The notes under the pieces: generated by a model | The model's input: the letters and a program-made list of their open reading frames with translations, nothing else | Databases searched by the model: none | Told to the model about the DNA's origin: nothing | Shown here: piece by piece, positions 49,673 through 59,220 of the stretch | How the letters are laid out: the number at the start of each line of letters is the position of its first letter | Position numbering within the stretch: position 1 is the stretch's first letter | Assembly (NCBI GenBank): GCA_963663965.2 | Contig: CAXXFK010000028.1 | Location: forward strand, 512,001-576,000 | From: Sedimentisphaerales bacterium | Lineage (GTDB): Bacteria; Planctomycetota; Phycisphaerae; Sedimentisphaerales; SM23-30 | DNA: 64,000 bases | Direction of reading: 5' to 3' | Translations under genes and position numbers: made by a program

Positions 49673-49700
49673 TTGACTATTATTACGAAAATGTTATCTT
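49673..49700 (+). promoter_or_regulatory. Sigma70-type promoter of the S10 operon (proximal)
   Basis: TTGACT-16 nt-TATCTT with extended TGn and AT-rich UP-like region. Confidence 0.6.
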
Positions 49701-49825
49701 TACGATTCTGCTAAATTTAGCGGACAGTACTTTACAGTATTAATAGTCAAGGTCAGTTACCCGTAAAGAGCGGTCAATTGGCCTGTTTTATTTAAGTAAC
49801 CCGCACTCAGATTAGGAGCTTCTCA

Positions 49826-50134
49826 GTGGAAGCCGAAAAAATCAGAATCAGAATGGAAGCTTACGATCATGGCGCTCTGGACGCTTCGGCGAAGGAGATT
49901 GTCGATCAGGCGCGCCGGACCAACGCGCGAGTCAGTGGACCGATTCCGTTGCCCACCCGAATCGAGCGTTATACGGTATTACGATCTCCATTTATTGACA
50001 AGAAATCGCGTGAGCAGTTTGAAATGAGAACGCACAAGCGGATTATCGATATCATGGAAGCCAATCCGCGTACCATCGAAGCGTTGAATCGCCTGGTGGT
50101 TCCGGCCGGCGTATTTGTGAAGATTCGTGTGTAA
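49826..50134 (+). CDS. rpsJ: 30S ribosomal protein S10
   Basis: 'GPIPLPT', '[13 protein letters not shown]'. Confidence 0.98.
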   Translation: MEAEKIRIRMEAYDHGALDASAKEIVDQARRTNARVSGPIPLPTRIERYTVLRSPFIDKKSREQFEMRTHKRIIDIMEANPRTIEALNRLVVPAGVFVKIRV

Positions 50135-50229
50135 AGAGTGAAGAAATCCAAGCCAATAAATCGAGACGAGTTATTGGCTTTTTTGATCCGATTTTAAGTA
50201 GACCGTTACCTTGAGAGGTAAACATTATC

Positions 50230-50865
50230 ATGGCAATGATATTAGGCAAAAAAATAGGCATGACGCAGATATATGACGAATCCGGAACACTGGTTTCGGT
50301 AACCGTCATTCAGGCCGGCCCCTGTACCGTCACGCAGGTCAAGACCCAGGAAACCGACCAGTATGACGCGGTCCAGATGGGTTATGACGACGTGAAAGCC
50401 AGCCGCCAGAAGAAACCGCAGGTTGGTCATGCACAAAAGGCAAACAGCACCCCCAAACGTTTTGTCCGGGAAGAGCGTCTGAGCGCCCCGGCGAGCGTGC
50501 AACCGGGCGATCAAATCGATGTCAGTTTGTTTGAAGAAGTCAAGTTTGTCGATGTAACCGGCATCAGCAAAGGCAAGGGTTTCCAGGGCGTCATGAAACG
50601 TCACGGATTCAAGGGGATGGACGCTTCTCACGGTTGCGAACGCAAACATCGTCATCCTGGAAGTATTGGTTCGAATGCCGCCGGTCGTGGTACCGCACGT
50701 TGCGTTAGAAAAGGCAAGCGGATGTCGGGCCATATGGGATCGGTGCGTTGCACCAGCAAGAAACACAAGGTAATGGGTATAGACAAAGACAATAACCTGC
50801 TGATCGTCAAGGGTTCGATCGTCGGATCCAATGACGGTTATGTCGTGGTTAAACAATCGAGATAA
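50230..50865 (+). CDS. rplC: 50S ribosomal protein L3
   Basis: 'GKKIGMTQ', 'SKGKGFQGVMKRHGF', 'PGSIG'. Confidence 0.98.
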   Translation: MAMILGKKIGMTQIYDESGTLVSVTVIQAGPCTVTQVKTQETDQYDAVQMGYDDVKASRQKKPQVGHAQKANSTPKRFVREERLSAPASVQPGDQIDVSLFEEVKFVDVTGISKGKGFQGVMKRHGFKGMDASHGCERKHRHPGSIGSNAAGRGTARCVRKGKRMSGHMGSVRCTSKKHKVMGIDKDNNLLIVKGSIVGSNDGYVVVKQSR

Positions 50866-50876
50866 AAGTAAAAGAA

Positions 50877-51521
50877 GTGAGCCTTAATATGATCAGCTTA
50901 CCAGTATATAATAAAGACGGCCAGGAAATCGATCAGATCCAGATTGATGAAGCCGTTCTGGGCAGTTGGGTTCGGCCGGCGCTGTTGAAGCAGGCCGTTG
51001 TCATGTACCATGCCAACAAGCGTCAGGGAACGGTTGCGACCAAGAGCCGCGGCATGGTGGCCGGATCGACCCGTAAGTTATACAAGCAAAAAGGCACCGG
51101 CCGGGCGCGTGCCGGTATGATCCGCACCCCGGTCCGCAAAGGCGGCGGTGTGGCGTTTGCCAAGACCCCGCGCGATTTCAGCCAGCGGATGCCCAAGAAA
51201 CAAAGACGTCTGGCGCGAAATTCAGCGATACTGGCCAAGATGAAGGCTTCGAACGCGCTGGTGATTGACGTGCTGGAATTCGGCGCTCCCAGAACCAAAG
51301 AGTTCGCCACCATTCTGAAGAATCTGAAGATTGATCGCAGTTGCCTGGTGACGACCGATCAGTATGATGTGAATGTATATAAATCGATCCGCAACATTCC
51401 GCGAGTTACCTTGTTGGAAGTGGATCAGTTGAACGCGGGCGATATCTGCAACAGAAAAAAAATATTATTTACCCGTAAAGCATTGGAAGCGATCATCGCT
51501 CCGGTAAGCGTGGAAGCCTAA
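50877..51521 (+). CDS. rplD: 50S ribosomal protein L4
   Basis: 'RQGT', 'QKGTGRARAG', 'GGGVAF'. Confidence 0.97.
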   Translation: MSLNMISLPVYNKDGQEIDQIQIDEAVLGSWVRPALLKQAVVMYHANKRQGTVATKSRGMVAGSTRKLYKQKGTGRARAGMIRTPVRKGGGVAFAKTPRDFSQRMPKKQRRLARNSAILAKMKASNALVIDVLEFGAPRTKEFATILKNLKIDRSCLVTTDQYDVNVYKSIRNIPRVTLLEVDQLNAGDICNRKKILFTRKALEAIIAPVSVEA

Positions 51522-51556
51522 CCCCATAGCCGGAAGGCATCGCCAGAGGTATAACC

Positions 51557-51835
51557 GTGGATAAATATGAAGTAATAATAAAACCGTTGATCACAGAAAA
51601 GGCGACTTACCTGGCACAGGATCGGAATGCCTATTGTTTTCAGGTAAATACCAAAGCCAATAAGATGGAGATCAAACAGGCTGTCGAGAAGATCTATAGC
51701 GTGAAGGTGACCGATGTGCGGACCTCCAATCGCAAAGGGAAATCCCGGCGTCGCGGTTACAAGATGACCAAGACGTCCGATTGGAAAAAGGCCATCGTTG
51801 TTTTGCAGGAAGATCACGCCATTGACTTGTTCTAG
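51557..51835 (+). CDS. rplW: 50S ribosomal protein L23
   Basis: 'PLITEK', 'ANKMEIKQAVE', 'WKKAIV'. Confidence 0.97.
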   Translation: MDKYEVIIKPLITEKATYLAQDRNAYCFQVNTKANKMEIKQAVEKIYSVKVTDVRTSNRKGKSRRRGYKMTKTSDWKKAIVVLQEDHAIDLF

Positions 51836-51873
51836 ATCGTATAAGGGCAGCCCGAACTAACAGGATTTGATAT

Positions 51874-52725
51874 ATGGGAATCAAAATTTACAAACCAACC
51901 AGCAACGGCCGTCGTAACGCCTCGGTAAACGATTATGCCGAGATTACCAAGACGACGCCGGAAAAGACGTTGGTAAAGCGCATTAAGAAGCATGGCGGCC
52001 GCAACCATAGCGGCATGACTACCGTCCGTTTCCGCGGCGGCGGCGCCCGCAAGATGTACCGTGTTGTTGATTTTAAACGGCGCAAAGACGGTGTCACTGC
52101 CAAAGTTGTCGGCATTGAATATGATCCCAACCGAACCTGCCATATTGCTTTGCTGGAATACACCGATGGCGAAAAACGCTATATCCTGGCGCCGGCAGGC
52201 CTGCAAGTGGGTGAAGTCCTGGAAAGCGGCGAGAAGGTTGAGCCTAAAGTCGGCAATTGCATGCCGTTAAAGGCCATACCCGCCGGTATGGAAGTTCATA
52301 ATATTGAAATGAATCCCGGCCAGGGTGGCCGGATGGTGCGTTCCGCAGGGGCCTCGGCCCGCCTGGCCGCCAAAGAAGGCGCCTGGGCGCATTTGATTTT
52401 ACCGAGTGGTGAAATGCGAATGGTGGCGTCCGATTGCCGCGCGACGATCGGTCAGATCGGCAATTCGGATCATCAGCATGTGAAAATCGGCAAGGCCGGC
52501 CGCAAGCGTCATATGGGACGTCGCCCACATGTTCGCGGCAAAGCCATGAACCCGGTAGCGCATCCGATGGGCGGTGGTGAAGGCCGGGCCAATGGCGGAA
52601 GACATCCTTGTTCTCCCACGGGAGTGCTGGCCAAGGGCGGCAAGACCCGGGCCAAGAAGAAGAATTCGAACAAACGCATTATTCGCAGAAGAAAGAGTAA
52701 ACATTACGGACAGTTAGTTCTGTAG
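51874..52725 (+). CDS. rplB: 50S ribosomal protein L2
   Basis: 'IEYDPNR', '[17 protein letters not shown]'. Confidence 0.98.
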   Translation: MGIKIYKPTSNGRRNASVNDYAEITKTTPEKTLVKRIKKHGGRNHSGMTTVRFRGGGARKMYRVVDFKRRKDGVTAKVVGIEYDPNRTCHIALLEYTDGEKRYILAPAGLQVGEVLESGEKVEPKVGNCMPLKAIPAGMEVHNIEMNPGQGGRMVRSAGASARLAAKEGAWAHLILPSGEMRMVASDCRATIGQIGNSDHQHVKIGKAGRKRHMGRRPHVRGKAMNPVAHPMGGGEGRANGGRHPCSPTGVLAKGGKTRAKKKNSNKRIIRRRKSKHYGQLVL

Positions 52726-52743
52726 TTTCATAAGGATATACGC

Positions 52744-53010
52744 ATGAGCCGTTCAACGAAAAAAGGACCTTTTGTAGATGAGAACGTCTACACCAAGGTA
52801 ATGAAACAGGAAGAAGCCGGAAGAAAAGAACCGATAAAGACCTGGGCACGGCGTTGCACGATCGTTCCAGAATTTGTCGGCCACACCTTTATGGTGCACA
52901 ATGGCAAAATGTTTTTCAAAGTTTATGTGACAGAAGACATGGTAGGCCACAAGCTGGGCGAGTTCTCTCCGACTCGCGGATTTAAAGGACATAGCGGCGG
53001 CAAGAAATAG
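52744..53010 (+). CDS. rpsS: 30S ribosomal protein S19
   Basis: 'KKGPFVD', '[13 protein letters not shown]'. Confidence 0.98.
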   Translation: MSRSTKKGPFVDENVYTKVMKQEEAGRKEPIKTWARRCTIVPEFVGHTFMVHNGKMFFKVYVTEDMVGHKLGEFSPTRGFKGHSGGKK

Positions 53011-53042
53011 CAATCATCTTATTGCAATGAACAGGTACAGGC

Positions 53043-53591
53043 ATGTTAAGTAACGAAAAATTAAATAGTAAATTACAAGACGCGAAGCTAAGTATGGAAG
53101 AGCTTGGCGAGCGTCTGAGCAACAGCCGGATCAAAGATCCCGTTTCTGCCGTTAAAAACTGGCAGCGTGGCTTGATGAAGCCATCGCCTCGGCAGGCCGA
53201 TATCGACCAGCTGGCCCAGGCGCTGGATTGTGAAAGCACCGATTTGATGTGCTGGAAAGCCTCGCACATGTATGCTCCGATCGCGCCGCGAAAATCGCGT
53301 CTGGTGGTTGATCTGGTTCGGAATTATCCTGTTCAGGAAGCCATGGATTTGTTGAAATTTGCTAACAAGCGCGCCGCGGTTTTTGTTGAGCAGGTTTTGC
53401 GAAGCGCCGTACAGAACGCGGTTGAGCAGAGTGAAGTCGATCCTGACCAGCTGTATATTTCAGAGGCACGGGTAGATGAAGGCGGCGTCCGCCGCGGCAC
53501 CCGCCGCTGGCGTCCGAAAGATCGCGGGCGCGCCGTTTCGTGGACCCGGCTAGCCAGCCATATCCATATAACCGTAGATCTCATACAATAG
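53043..53591 (+). CDS. rplV: 50S ribosomal protein L22 with ~70-aa N-terminal HTH-like extension
   Basis: C-terminal 'APRKSRLVVDLVR..VLRSAVQNA..VDEG..RGRA..SHI' and position between rpsS and rpsC. Confidence 0.95.
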   Translation: MLSNEKLNSKLQDAKLSMEELGERLSNSRIKDPVSAVKNWQRGLMKPSPRQADIDQLAQALDCESTDLMCWKASHMYAPIAPRKSRLVVDLVRNYPVQEAMDLLKFANKRAAVFVEQVLRSAVQNAVEQSEVDPDQLYISEARVDEGGVRRGTRRWRPKDRGRAVSWTRLASHIHITVDLIQ

Positions 53592-53621
53592 TGAAAGACA
53601 ACCCGATAATCAGGATAAATT

Positions 53622-54311
53622 ATGGGTCAGAAAGTATCGCCAATTGGATTTAGAACAGGTATCACCCTCGGCTGGAAAAGCCGCTGGTTCGCGCCCAAAG
53701 CAGCATATGGCACGTTCCTGGTGGAAGATCAGAAAATCCGCAAATACCTGGATAACCGTTTAAATCGAGTTCCGCCCTACGCGGCGCTTGCCAATGTTGA
53801 AATCGAGCGTACCCGTGATGAGGTTCGCGTGACGTTACATACCGCTCGTCCGGGTATCGTCATTGGTCCGAAGGGCCAGGAAATCGATAAACTTCGCGAA
53901 GAGCTGGAAGACCTGATCGATCGCAAGGTTACAGTTAATGTCACGGAGATAAAAACGCCGGAATTGAATGCCCAGCTGGTTGGCGAAGCGATCGCCGAAC
54001 AGTTAAAACGGCGCGCCGCCTTCCGTCGCGTGATGAAACAGAGTTGCGAATCCGCGATGGCCGCTGGCGCCAAGGGCGTTAAGATCATTTGTTCCGGCCG
54101 TCTGGGCGGCGCCGAACTGGCTCGCAGCGAAACCCAGATTCTGGGCTCTATTCCGTTGCAGACACTGGATGCGGATGTCGATTATGGACTTTCCATCGCC
54201 GTATGTACCTATGGCACCATAGGAATCAAGGTATGGATCTATCGCGGCATGTTTGGCGAGCAGATTGAAGTCAAGGAAACAGGTCGTAAAGGCGGCCGTT
54301 CAACTAACTAG
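53622..54311 (+). CDS. rpsC: 30S ribosomal protein S3
   Basis: 'MGQKVSPIGFR', 'ARPGIVIG', 'SGRLGGAE'. Confidence 0.98.
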   Translation: MGQKVSPIGFRTGITLGWKSRWFAPKAAYGTFLVEDQKIRKYLDNRLNRVPPYAALANVEIERTRDEVRVTLHTARPGIVIGPKGQEIDKLREELEDLIDRKVTVNVTEIKTPELNAQLVGEAIAEQLKRRAAFRRVMKQSCESAMAAGAKGVKIICSGRLGGAELARSETQILGSIPLQTLDADVDYGLSIAVCTYGTIGIKVWIYRGMFGEQIEVKETGRKGGRSTN

Positions 54312-54328
54312 TGTAAAGGAAGTGTCTC

Positions 54329-54748
54329 ATGGCTTTGATGCCGAAACGAGTTAAATATCGCAAATATCAGCGCGGCAGAATAAAAGGCAACGCCGGCCGG
54401 GGCAATTATGTCGCATTTGGTGAATTTGGAATTCAGGCATTGGAACCGGCCAAGATTACTGCCCGGCAGATTGAGGCCGGCCGAGTGGCTTGCACACACT
54501 TTCTGCATCGTGAAGGTAAAGTCTTCATTCGGATATTCCCTCACCGCAGCATATCCGCCAAGCCTCTGGAAACCCGTATGGGTAAAGGCAAGGGCGAACC
54601 CGATCAATGGGTCGCTCATGTTAAACCGGGCGTGGTTATGTACGAAATTGGCGGCGTTCCAGAAGATATTGCCCGTCAGGCATTTATGCGAGTGGCTCAC
54701 AAGATGCCGGTCCGTTGTCGCTTTGTAAAACGACGCCATCTGGGCTAA
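54329..54748 (+). CDS. rplP: 50S ribosomal protein L16
   Basis: 'RQIEAGR', 'RMGKGKG'. Confidence 0.98.
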   Translation: MALMPKRVKYRKYQRGRIKGNAGRGNYVAFGEFGIQALEPAKITARQIEAGRVACTHFLHREGKVFIRIFPHRSISAKPLETRMGKGKGEPDQWVAHVKPGVVMYEIGGVPEDIARQAFMRVAHKMPVRCRFVKRRHLG

Positions 54749-54767
54749 CCGAACAGCGAGAAAAATT

Positions 54768-54971
54768 ATGAAGATCACAGAAATCAGAGAACGAAATACC
54801 GAAGAGCTGAACGATCAGCTAGAAAATATGAAAAAGAAACTTTTCGATTTTCGTACCGAATCGGCGACCCAGAAGCTGGAAGATCCGACGCAGATAACGA
54901 AAACCCGCCGAGATATCGCCCGGATCAAGACCGTATTGCGTGAACGCGAAATAGCGGAAAGTAAAAAGTAA
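54768..54971 (+). CDS. rpmC: 50S ribosomal protein L29
   Basis: 'RRDIARIKT'; operon position. Confidence 0.95.
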   Translation: MKITEIRERNTEELNDQLENMKKKLFDFRTESATQKLEDPTQITKTRRDIARIKTVLREREIAESKK

Positions 54972-54992
54972 TCCCGTAAACGGATAAGACTA

Positions 54993-55286
54993 ATGGCAGA
55001 GAATACTAGAAAATTACCGACGATGTTCCAGGGCCAGGTGACGAAGAAATCAGGCGACAAGACCATTCGCGTGGAAATGTCCTATCAGACCCGTCACCCG
55101 AAATATGGCAAATATATTAACCGACGGACAATTGCCCTGGTTCATGATGAGAACAACCAGTCGCATGTAGGCGATCGGGTTGAGATCTGTAAGTGCCGTC
55201 CATTAAGCAAGAAGAAATCCTGGAGACTGGTTCGAATCGTGCAACAGTCCGCAAGTAGTCAGGTGGAACAGGTAGAACAGGAATAA
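54993..55286 (+). CDS. rpsQ: 30S ribosomal protein S17
   Basis: 'HPKYGK', 'HDE', 'RPLSKKKSW'. Confidence 0.97.
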   Translation: MAENTRKLPTMFQGQVTKKSGDKTIRVEMSYQTRHPKYGKYINRRTIALVHDENNQSHVGDRVEICKCRPLSKKKSWRLVRIVQQSASSQVEQVEQE

Positions 55287-55293
55287 CGAATCC

Positions 55294-55680
55294 ATGATAC
55301 AGCAAGAAACGATAATCGATATAGCGGACAATACCGGCGCCAAGACCGCGTTGTGTGTCAAGGTGCTGGGTGGAAGCACGGCCAAGGGCAAGTTTACCCG
55401 GCGTACCGCTTCGGTAGGCGATGTGATAAAAGTCGCGATCAAGAAATCGCTGCCGACGACCAGCCTGAACCGTAAAAAAGTATACCGTTGCGTGATCATT
55501 CGCAGCGCCTATCCCGTCCGTCGCAAAGACGGCAGTTATGTGCGTTTTGATCGCAACGCCGGTGTTCTGATCGACGACAACAACAACCCGCTGGGAACGC
55601 GTATTTTTGGCGCGGTTGCCCGTGAGTTACGCGATAAACAATTCATGAAAATAGTTTCATTGGCATCGGAGGTAGTCTGA
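55294..55680 (+). CDS. rplN: 50S ribosomal protein L14
   Basis: 'ADNTGA', 'GTRIFGAVARELR'. Confidence 0.98.
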   Translation: MIQQETIIDIADNTGAKTALCVKVLGGSTAKGKFTRRTASVGDVIKVAIKKSLPTTSLNRKKVYRCVIIRSAYPVRRKDGSYVRFDRNAGVLIDDNNNPLGTRIFGAVARELRDKQFMKIVSLASEVV

Positions 55681-55997
55681 TGGCGAGTAGAATAAAAAAA
55701 GGCGATATGGTGGAAGTCATCTGCGGTGACGACAAAGGCAAGCGCAGAAAAGTCATCCGGGTCATACCGGAGCAGAACAAGGTGGTTGTCCAGGACGTGA
55801 ACACCGCGATGAAACACGTACGACCCTCCAAGAAAAATCCGCAAGGCGGACGTATCCAGATTGAGCGTCCCATTCATATCAGCAATGTGATGCCCATTAC
55901 CACCGGCAGCGGCGCAAAGGCGACCCGGATAAAGTATATCATAGACAATGGCAAAAAGGTCCGCATCGCAAAAGCAGACGGATCAAAACTCGACTAA
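55680..55997 (+). CDS. rplX: 50S ribosomal protein L24
   Basis: 'IKKGDMVEVICGDDKGK', 'PIHISNV'. Confidence 0.97.
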   Translation: MASRIKKGDMVEVICGDDKGKRRKVIRVIPEQNKVVVQDVNTAMKHVRPSKKNPQGGRIQIERPIHISNVMPITTGSGAKATRIKYIIDNGKKVRIAKADGSKLD

Positions 55998-56019
55998 CTA
56001 AAGATAAGGGCGTTTAAAT

Positions 56020-56562
56020 ATGACGCGGCTTGAAGCATTATATAAATCAAAGATCGTCAAATCGATGCAGGATGAATTCAAGTATCGTAATCCGATGCAG
56101 GTTCCCAAGCTGGAAAAGATCGTGATCTCCATGGGAATCGGCGAGGCCTCGCGCGATAAAAAGTTGCTGGAAAGCGCAGTAAAAGAACTGACCATCATCG
56201 CCGGCCAGCAGCCGGTGGTCTGTCCGGCACGCAAAAGCGTATCGAACTTTAAATTGCGTGAAGGCATGGAGATTGGCACAAAAGTGACTTTGCGTCGTGC
56301 CAAAATGTTCGAATTTCTGGATCGTCTGATCAGTCTGGCCATTCCACGTGTTCGTGACTTCCGTGGATTGAATCCGAAAGGATTTGACGGGAGAGGCAAC
56401 TTTAACATGGGTCTGACCGAGCAGATGGTATTCCCGGAAATCAATCCCGACAGTATCACCCGTACCCAGGGTATGAATATAACGATGGTAACCACGGCCA
56501 AGACCGATGAAGAAGCATTCAAGATGCTGACATTATTCGGAATGCCGTTTCGTAAGAATTAA
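56020..56562 (+). CDS. rplE: 50S ribosomal protein L5
   Basis: 'VPKLEKI', 'PRVRDFRG', 'FDGRGN'. Confidence 0.98.
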   Translation: MTRLEALYKSKIVKSMQDEFKYRNPMQVPKLEKIVISMGIGEASRDKKLLESAVKELTIIAGQQPVVCPARKSVSNFKLREGMEIGTKVTLRRAKMFEFLDRLISLAIPRVRDFRGLNPKGFDGRGNFNMGLTEQMVFPEINPDSITRTQGMNITMVTTAKTDEEAFKMLTLFGMPFRKN

Positions 56563-56587
56563 CCGAATCAATAACTAAGAGGAACGC

Positions 56588-56773
56588 ATGGCCAGTAAAG
56601 CGTGGATATTCAAAGCTGAACAGAAGCCGAAATATAAAGTAAGAGCCTACAGTCGTTGTCAGTTATGCGGCCGATCCCGGGCAGTCTATCGCAAGTTCAA
56701 AATTTGCCGTATCTGCTTCCGGACGCTGGCCAACGAAGGAAAGATTCCTGGCGTAAAGAAGACCAGCTGGTAA
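56588..56773 (+). CDS. rpsN: 30S ribosomal protein S14, zinc-binding type
   Basis: 61 aa with 'CQLC' and 'CRIC'. Confidence 0.97.
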   Translation: MASKAWIFKAEQKPKYKVRAYSRCQLCGRSRAVYRKFKICRICFRTLANEGKIPGVKKTSW

Positions 56774-56807
56774 CGAAATCAACAAAATTTTCTGGAGTAA
56801 GACCCCC

Positions 56808-57206
56808 ATGCATAGTGACCCGATCGCAGATATGCTGACAAGAATACGCAATGCGGTAAATGCCAACCAGCAAACCGTGATCGTCAAAGCCAGCCGTATA
56901 TGTGAAGGTATCGCCAAGGTGCTCAAAGAGCAGGGCTATATCGAGGATTATGATCGCATAGAAACCGCCTATAAGCAGGATAATCTTCGCATACAATTGA
57001 AGTACGGACCGCTTGGCGAGCGTATTTTTCGTGAGATCAAACGTCAGAGCAAGACATCCTGTCGTGTCTATAAATCCGTGAAGGATTTACCCCGGGTGAT
57101 GGGGGGGCTGGGTATATGCGTTGTCAGTACCCACCAGGGCGTGATGTCCGATACTGAATGCCGCGAGAAGAATGTTGGCGGCGAATTGATTTGTACCGTA
57201 TGTTAA
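56808..57206 (+). CDS. rpsH: 30S ribosomal protein S8
   Basis: 'DPIADMLTRIRN', 'GGELIC'. Confidence 0.98.
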   Translation: MHSDPIADMLTRIRNAVNANQQTVIVKASRICEGIAKVLKEQGYIEDYDRIETAYKQDNLRIQLKYGPLGERIFREIKRQSKTSCRVYKSVKDLPRVMGGLGICVVSTHQGVMSDTECREKNVGGELICTVC

Positions 57207-57235
57207 ACCACTAAACTCAGTTTGGATAAAATTCG

Positions 57236-57808
57236 ATGAGCCGTATAGGAAAAAAACCTGTAAAAGTTCCGAGCAGTGTCAAGGTAGACTTGAGTGGCGG
57301 ACAGATAACCATCAGTGGTTCAAAGCACAGTTTGAAGCTGGCTTTGCATGAGACGGTGGAAGTCAGCTATGACAGCGCAGCCCATGAAATTGCGGTATCC
57401 CGCAAGAGTGATGAAACCCTGGCGAAAGCGATGCATGGCACCACGCGCGCCCATATTGCCAACATGATCAAAGGCGTGACCGAAGGTTATGTCAAAAGTT
57501 TAAAGATATTTGGCACCGGCTATGGCGTGAAAGAACAAGGCAAACAGCTTCATGTGACAGTGGGCTACGCCAAACCGGCTGTTTTGCCCATCCCCGAAGA
57601 CGTTGAAATCGAAATCAAAGTGCCCAACGCCAAAGGCAATGAAGTTCCGGCTGAATTTTTCGTCAAAAGTCCCGACAAACAAAAAGCAGGTCAATTTGCG
57701 GCGCAGATCCGTAAAGTCCGTCCGCCAGAGCCTTACAATGGCAAGGGTATACGGTATGGCAATGAAGTGATCAAGCGCAAAGAAGGCAAAGCATTTGGCA
57801 GCGCATAA
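57236..57808 (+). CDS. rplF: 50S ribosomal protein L6
   Basis: 'MSRIGKKP', 'RPPEPYNGKGIRY'. Confidence 0.98.
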   Translation: MSRIGKKPVKVPSSVKVDLSGGQITISGSKHSLKLALHETVEVSYDSAAHEIAVSRKSDETLAKAMHGTTRAHIANMIKGVTEGYVKSLKIFGTGYGVKEQGKQLHVTVGYAKPAVLPIPEDVEIEIKVPNAKGNEVPAEFFVKSPDKQKAGQFAAQIRKVRPPEPYNGKGIRYGNEVIKRKEGKAFGSA

Positions 57809-57833
57809 TCAATAATACACGGATAAGTGAGAT

Positions 57834-58202
57834 ATGGACTCGAATAAATTTAAAGCACAAAAAAGACTGCGACGCAGATATCATGGTCGCAAGAAATGTT
57901 TTGGTGATCCACAGCGGCCGCGTTTGAACGTTTACCGTTCACTTCGTCACATGTATGCCCAGATCATCGATGATGAAAGCGGCAATACCCTGGTCGCCGC
58001 CAGTACCGGAGACAAGTCTCTGGAGGCCGAATGCAAAAATGGCGGCAATCGAACCGCCGCAGCGGCAGTCGGCAAATTACTGGCGCGCAAGGCACTGGAA
58101 GTGGGCATTCACCAGGTGAAGTTCGATCGTAATGGATTCAAATTTCACGGACGTGTCAAGGCGATGGCAGACGCGGCTCGTGAAGGTGGTTTAGTATTCT
58201 AA
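57834..58202 (+). CDS. rplR: 50S ribosomal protein L18
   Basis: 'RPRLNVYRS', 'FDRNG..HGRVKA'. Confidence 0.97.
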   Translation: MDSNKFKAQKRLRRRYHGRKKCFGDPQRPRLNVYRSLRHMYAQIIDDESGNTLVAASTGDKSLEAECKNGGNRTAAAAVGKLLARKALEVGIHQVKFDRNGFKFHGRVKAMADAAREGGLVF

Positions 58203-58223
58203 TTGTAAGAATTGGAGAACAGC

Positions 58224-58727
58224 GTGGCTCAATTAGCTGCACGAAAAAATCAGAATGTTGACGATAAGTCTTACGAAGACCAGGTCATCAAAGTATTCCG
58301 CTGCTCGAAAGTAGTCAAAGGCGGCCGGAATTTCAGCTTTGCGGCATTGGTGGTTGTGGGCAATCGTTCGGGTGAAGTGGGATTTGGTTATGCCAAAGCC
58401 AACGAAGTGCCTCCGGCAGTTGAAAAGTCCATCAAGGAAGCGCGTAAGAATGTTTTTACCGTTAGCCTGGATGGCTCGACAATCCCGCATGAAGTCATCG
58501 GCCGTTTCGGCGCCACCCGGGTAAAACTCATTCCGGCCAGTCCTGGTACCGGTGTGATCGCCGGCGCGACCGCCCGTGTTCTATTGGAATTAGCGGGTGT
58601 GCATGATGTGCTGACCAAGATTTATGGCAGCACGAATCCTAAGAATGTGATTAAGGCGACCATTAACGCATTGAAGTCGCTTTATAACCGCGAGCAGATA
58701 GCCGAGCTACGCGGAGTAAAACTTTAA
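58224..58727 (+). CDS. rpsE: 30S ribosomal protein S5
   Basis: 'KVVKGGRNFSF', 'GTGVIAG'; GTG at 58224 follows GGAG. Confidence 0.97.
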   Translation: MAQLAARKNQNVDDKSYEDQVIKVFRCSKVVKGGRNFSFAALVVVGNRSGEVGFGYAKANEVPPAVEKSIKEARKNVFTVSLDGSTIPHEVIGRFGATRVKLIPASPGTGVIAGATARVLLELAGVHDVLTKIYGSTNPKNVIKATINALKSLYNREQIAELRGVKL

Positions 58728-58754
58728 CCTCGCACGACAAGGAAGACCACAGCC

Positions 58755-59204
58755 ATGATGAATCATGAGATTACATCTCTGGTTGGCAAACATAAATCCA
58801 GAAAACGGGTTGGCCGCGGCCGCGGAAGCGGGCTGGGCAAGACCTGCGGAAAAGGACACAAAGGCCAGAAAGCCCGCGCAGGAGGCATGCCTCCGATCAC
58901 ATCGGAAGGCGGCCAGATGCCGTTGTTCCGTCGATTACCCAAGCGCGGATTTAATAACGCCAATTTTGCTACCCGGTATTCGATCATCAACGTCTCACAG
59001 CTCGAACAGTTTGATGAAGGGACACGCGTGGACGCCGGCTTGTTAAGCGAAGCCGGTTTGATCCGCAGCGACAAGGGCTTAGTGAAAATACTGGGCGATG
59101 GCGAATTGAATCGCAAGTTGACGGTAGTCGCTCATAAATTCAGCCGAAGCGCCGAGCAGAAGATCACCAGCGCCGGCGGCACCATCGAATTGATTAACCC
59201 ATAA
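58755..59204 (+). CDS. rplO: 50S ribosomal protein L15
   Basis: 'RVGRGRGSG', 'EGGQMPLFRRLPKRGF'. Confidence 0.98.
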   Translation: MMNHEITSLVGKHKSRKRVGRGRGSGLGKTCGKGHKGQKARAGGMPPITSEGGQMPLFRRLPKRGFNNANFATRYSIINVSQLEQFDEGTRVDAGLLSEAGLIRSDKGLVKILGDGELNRKLTVVAHKFSRSAEQKITSAGGTIELINP

Positions 59205-59220
59205 AAACGGCAGAAATAAT

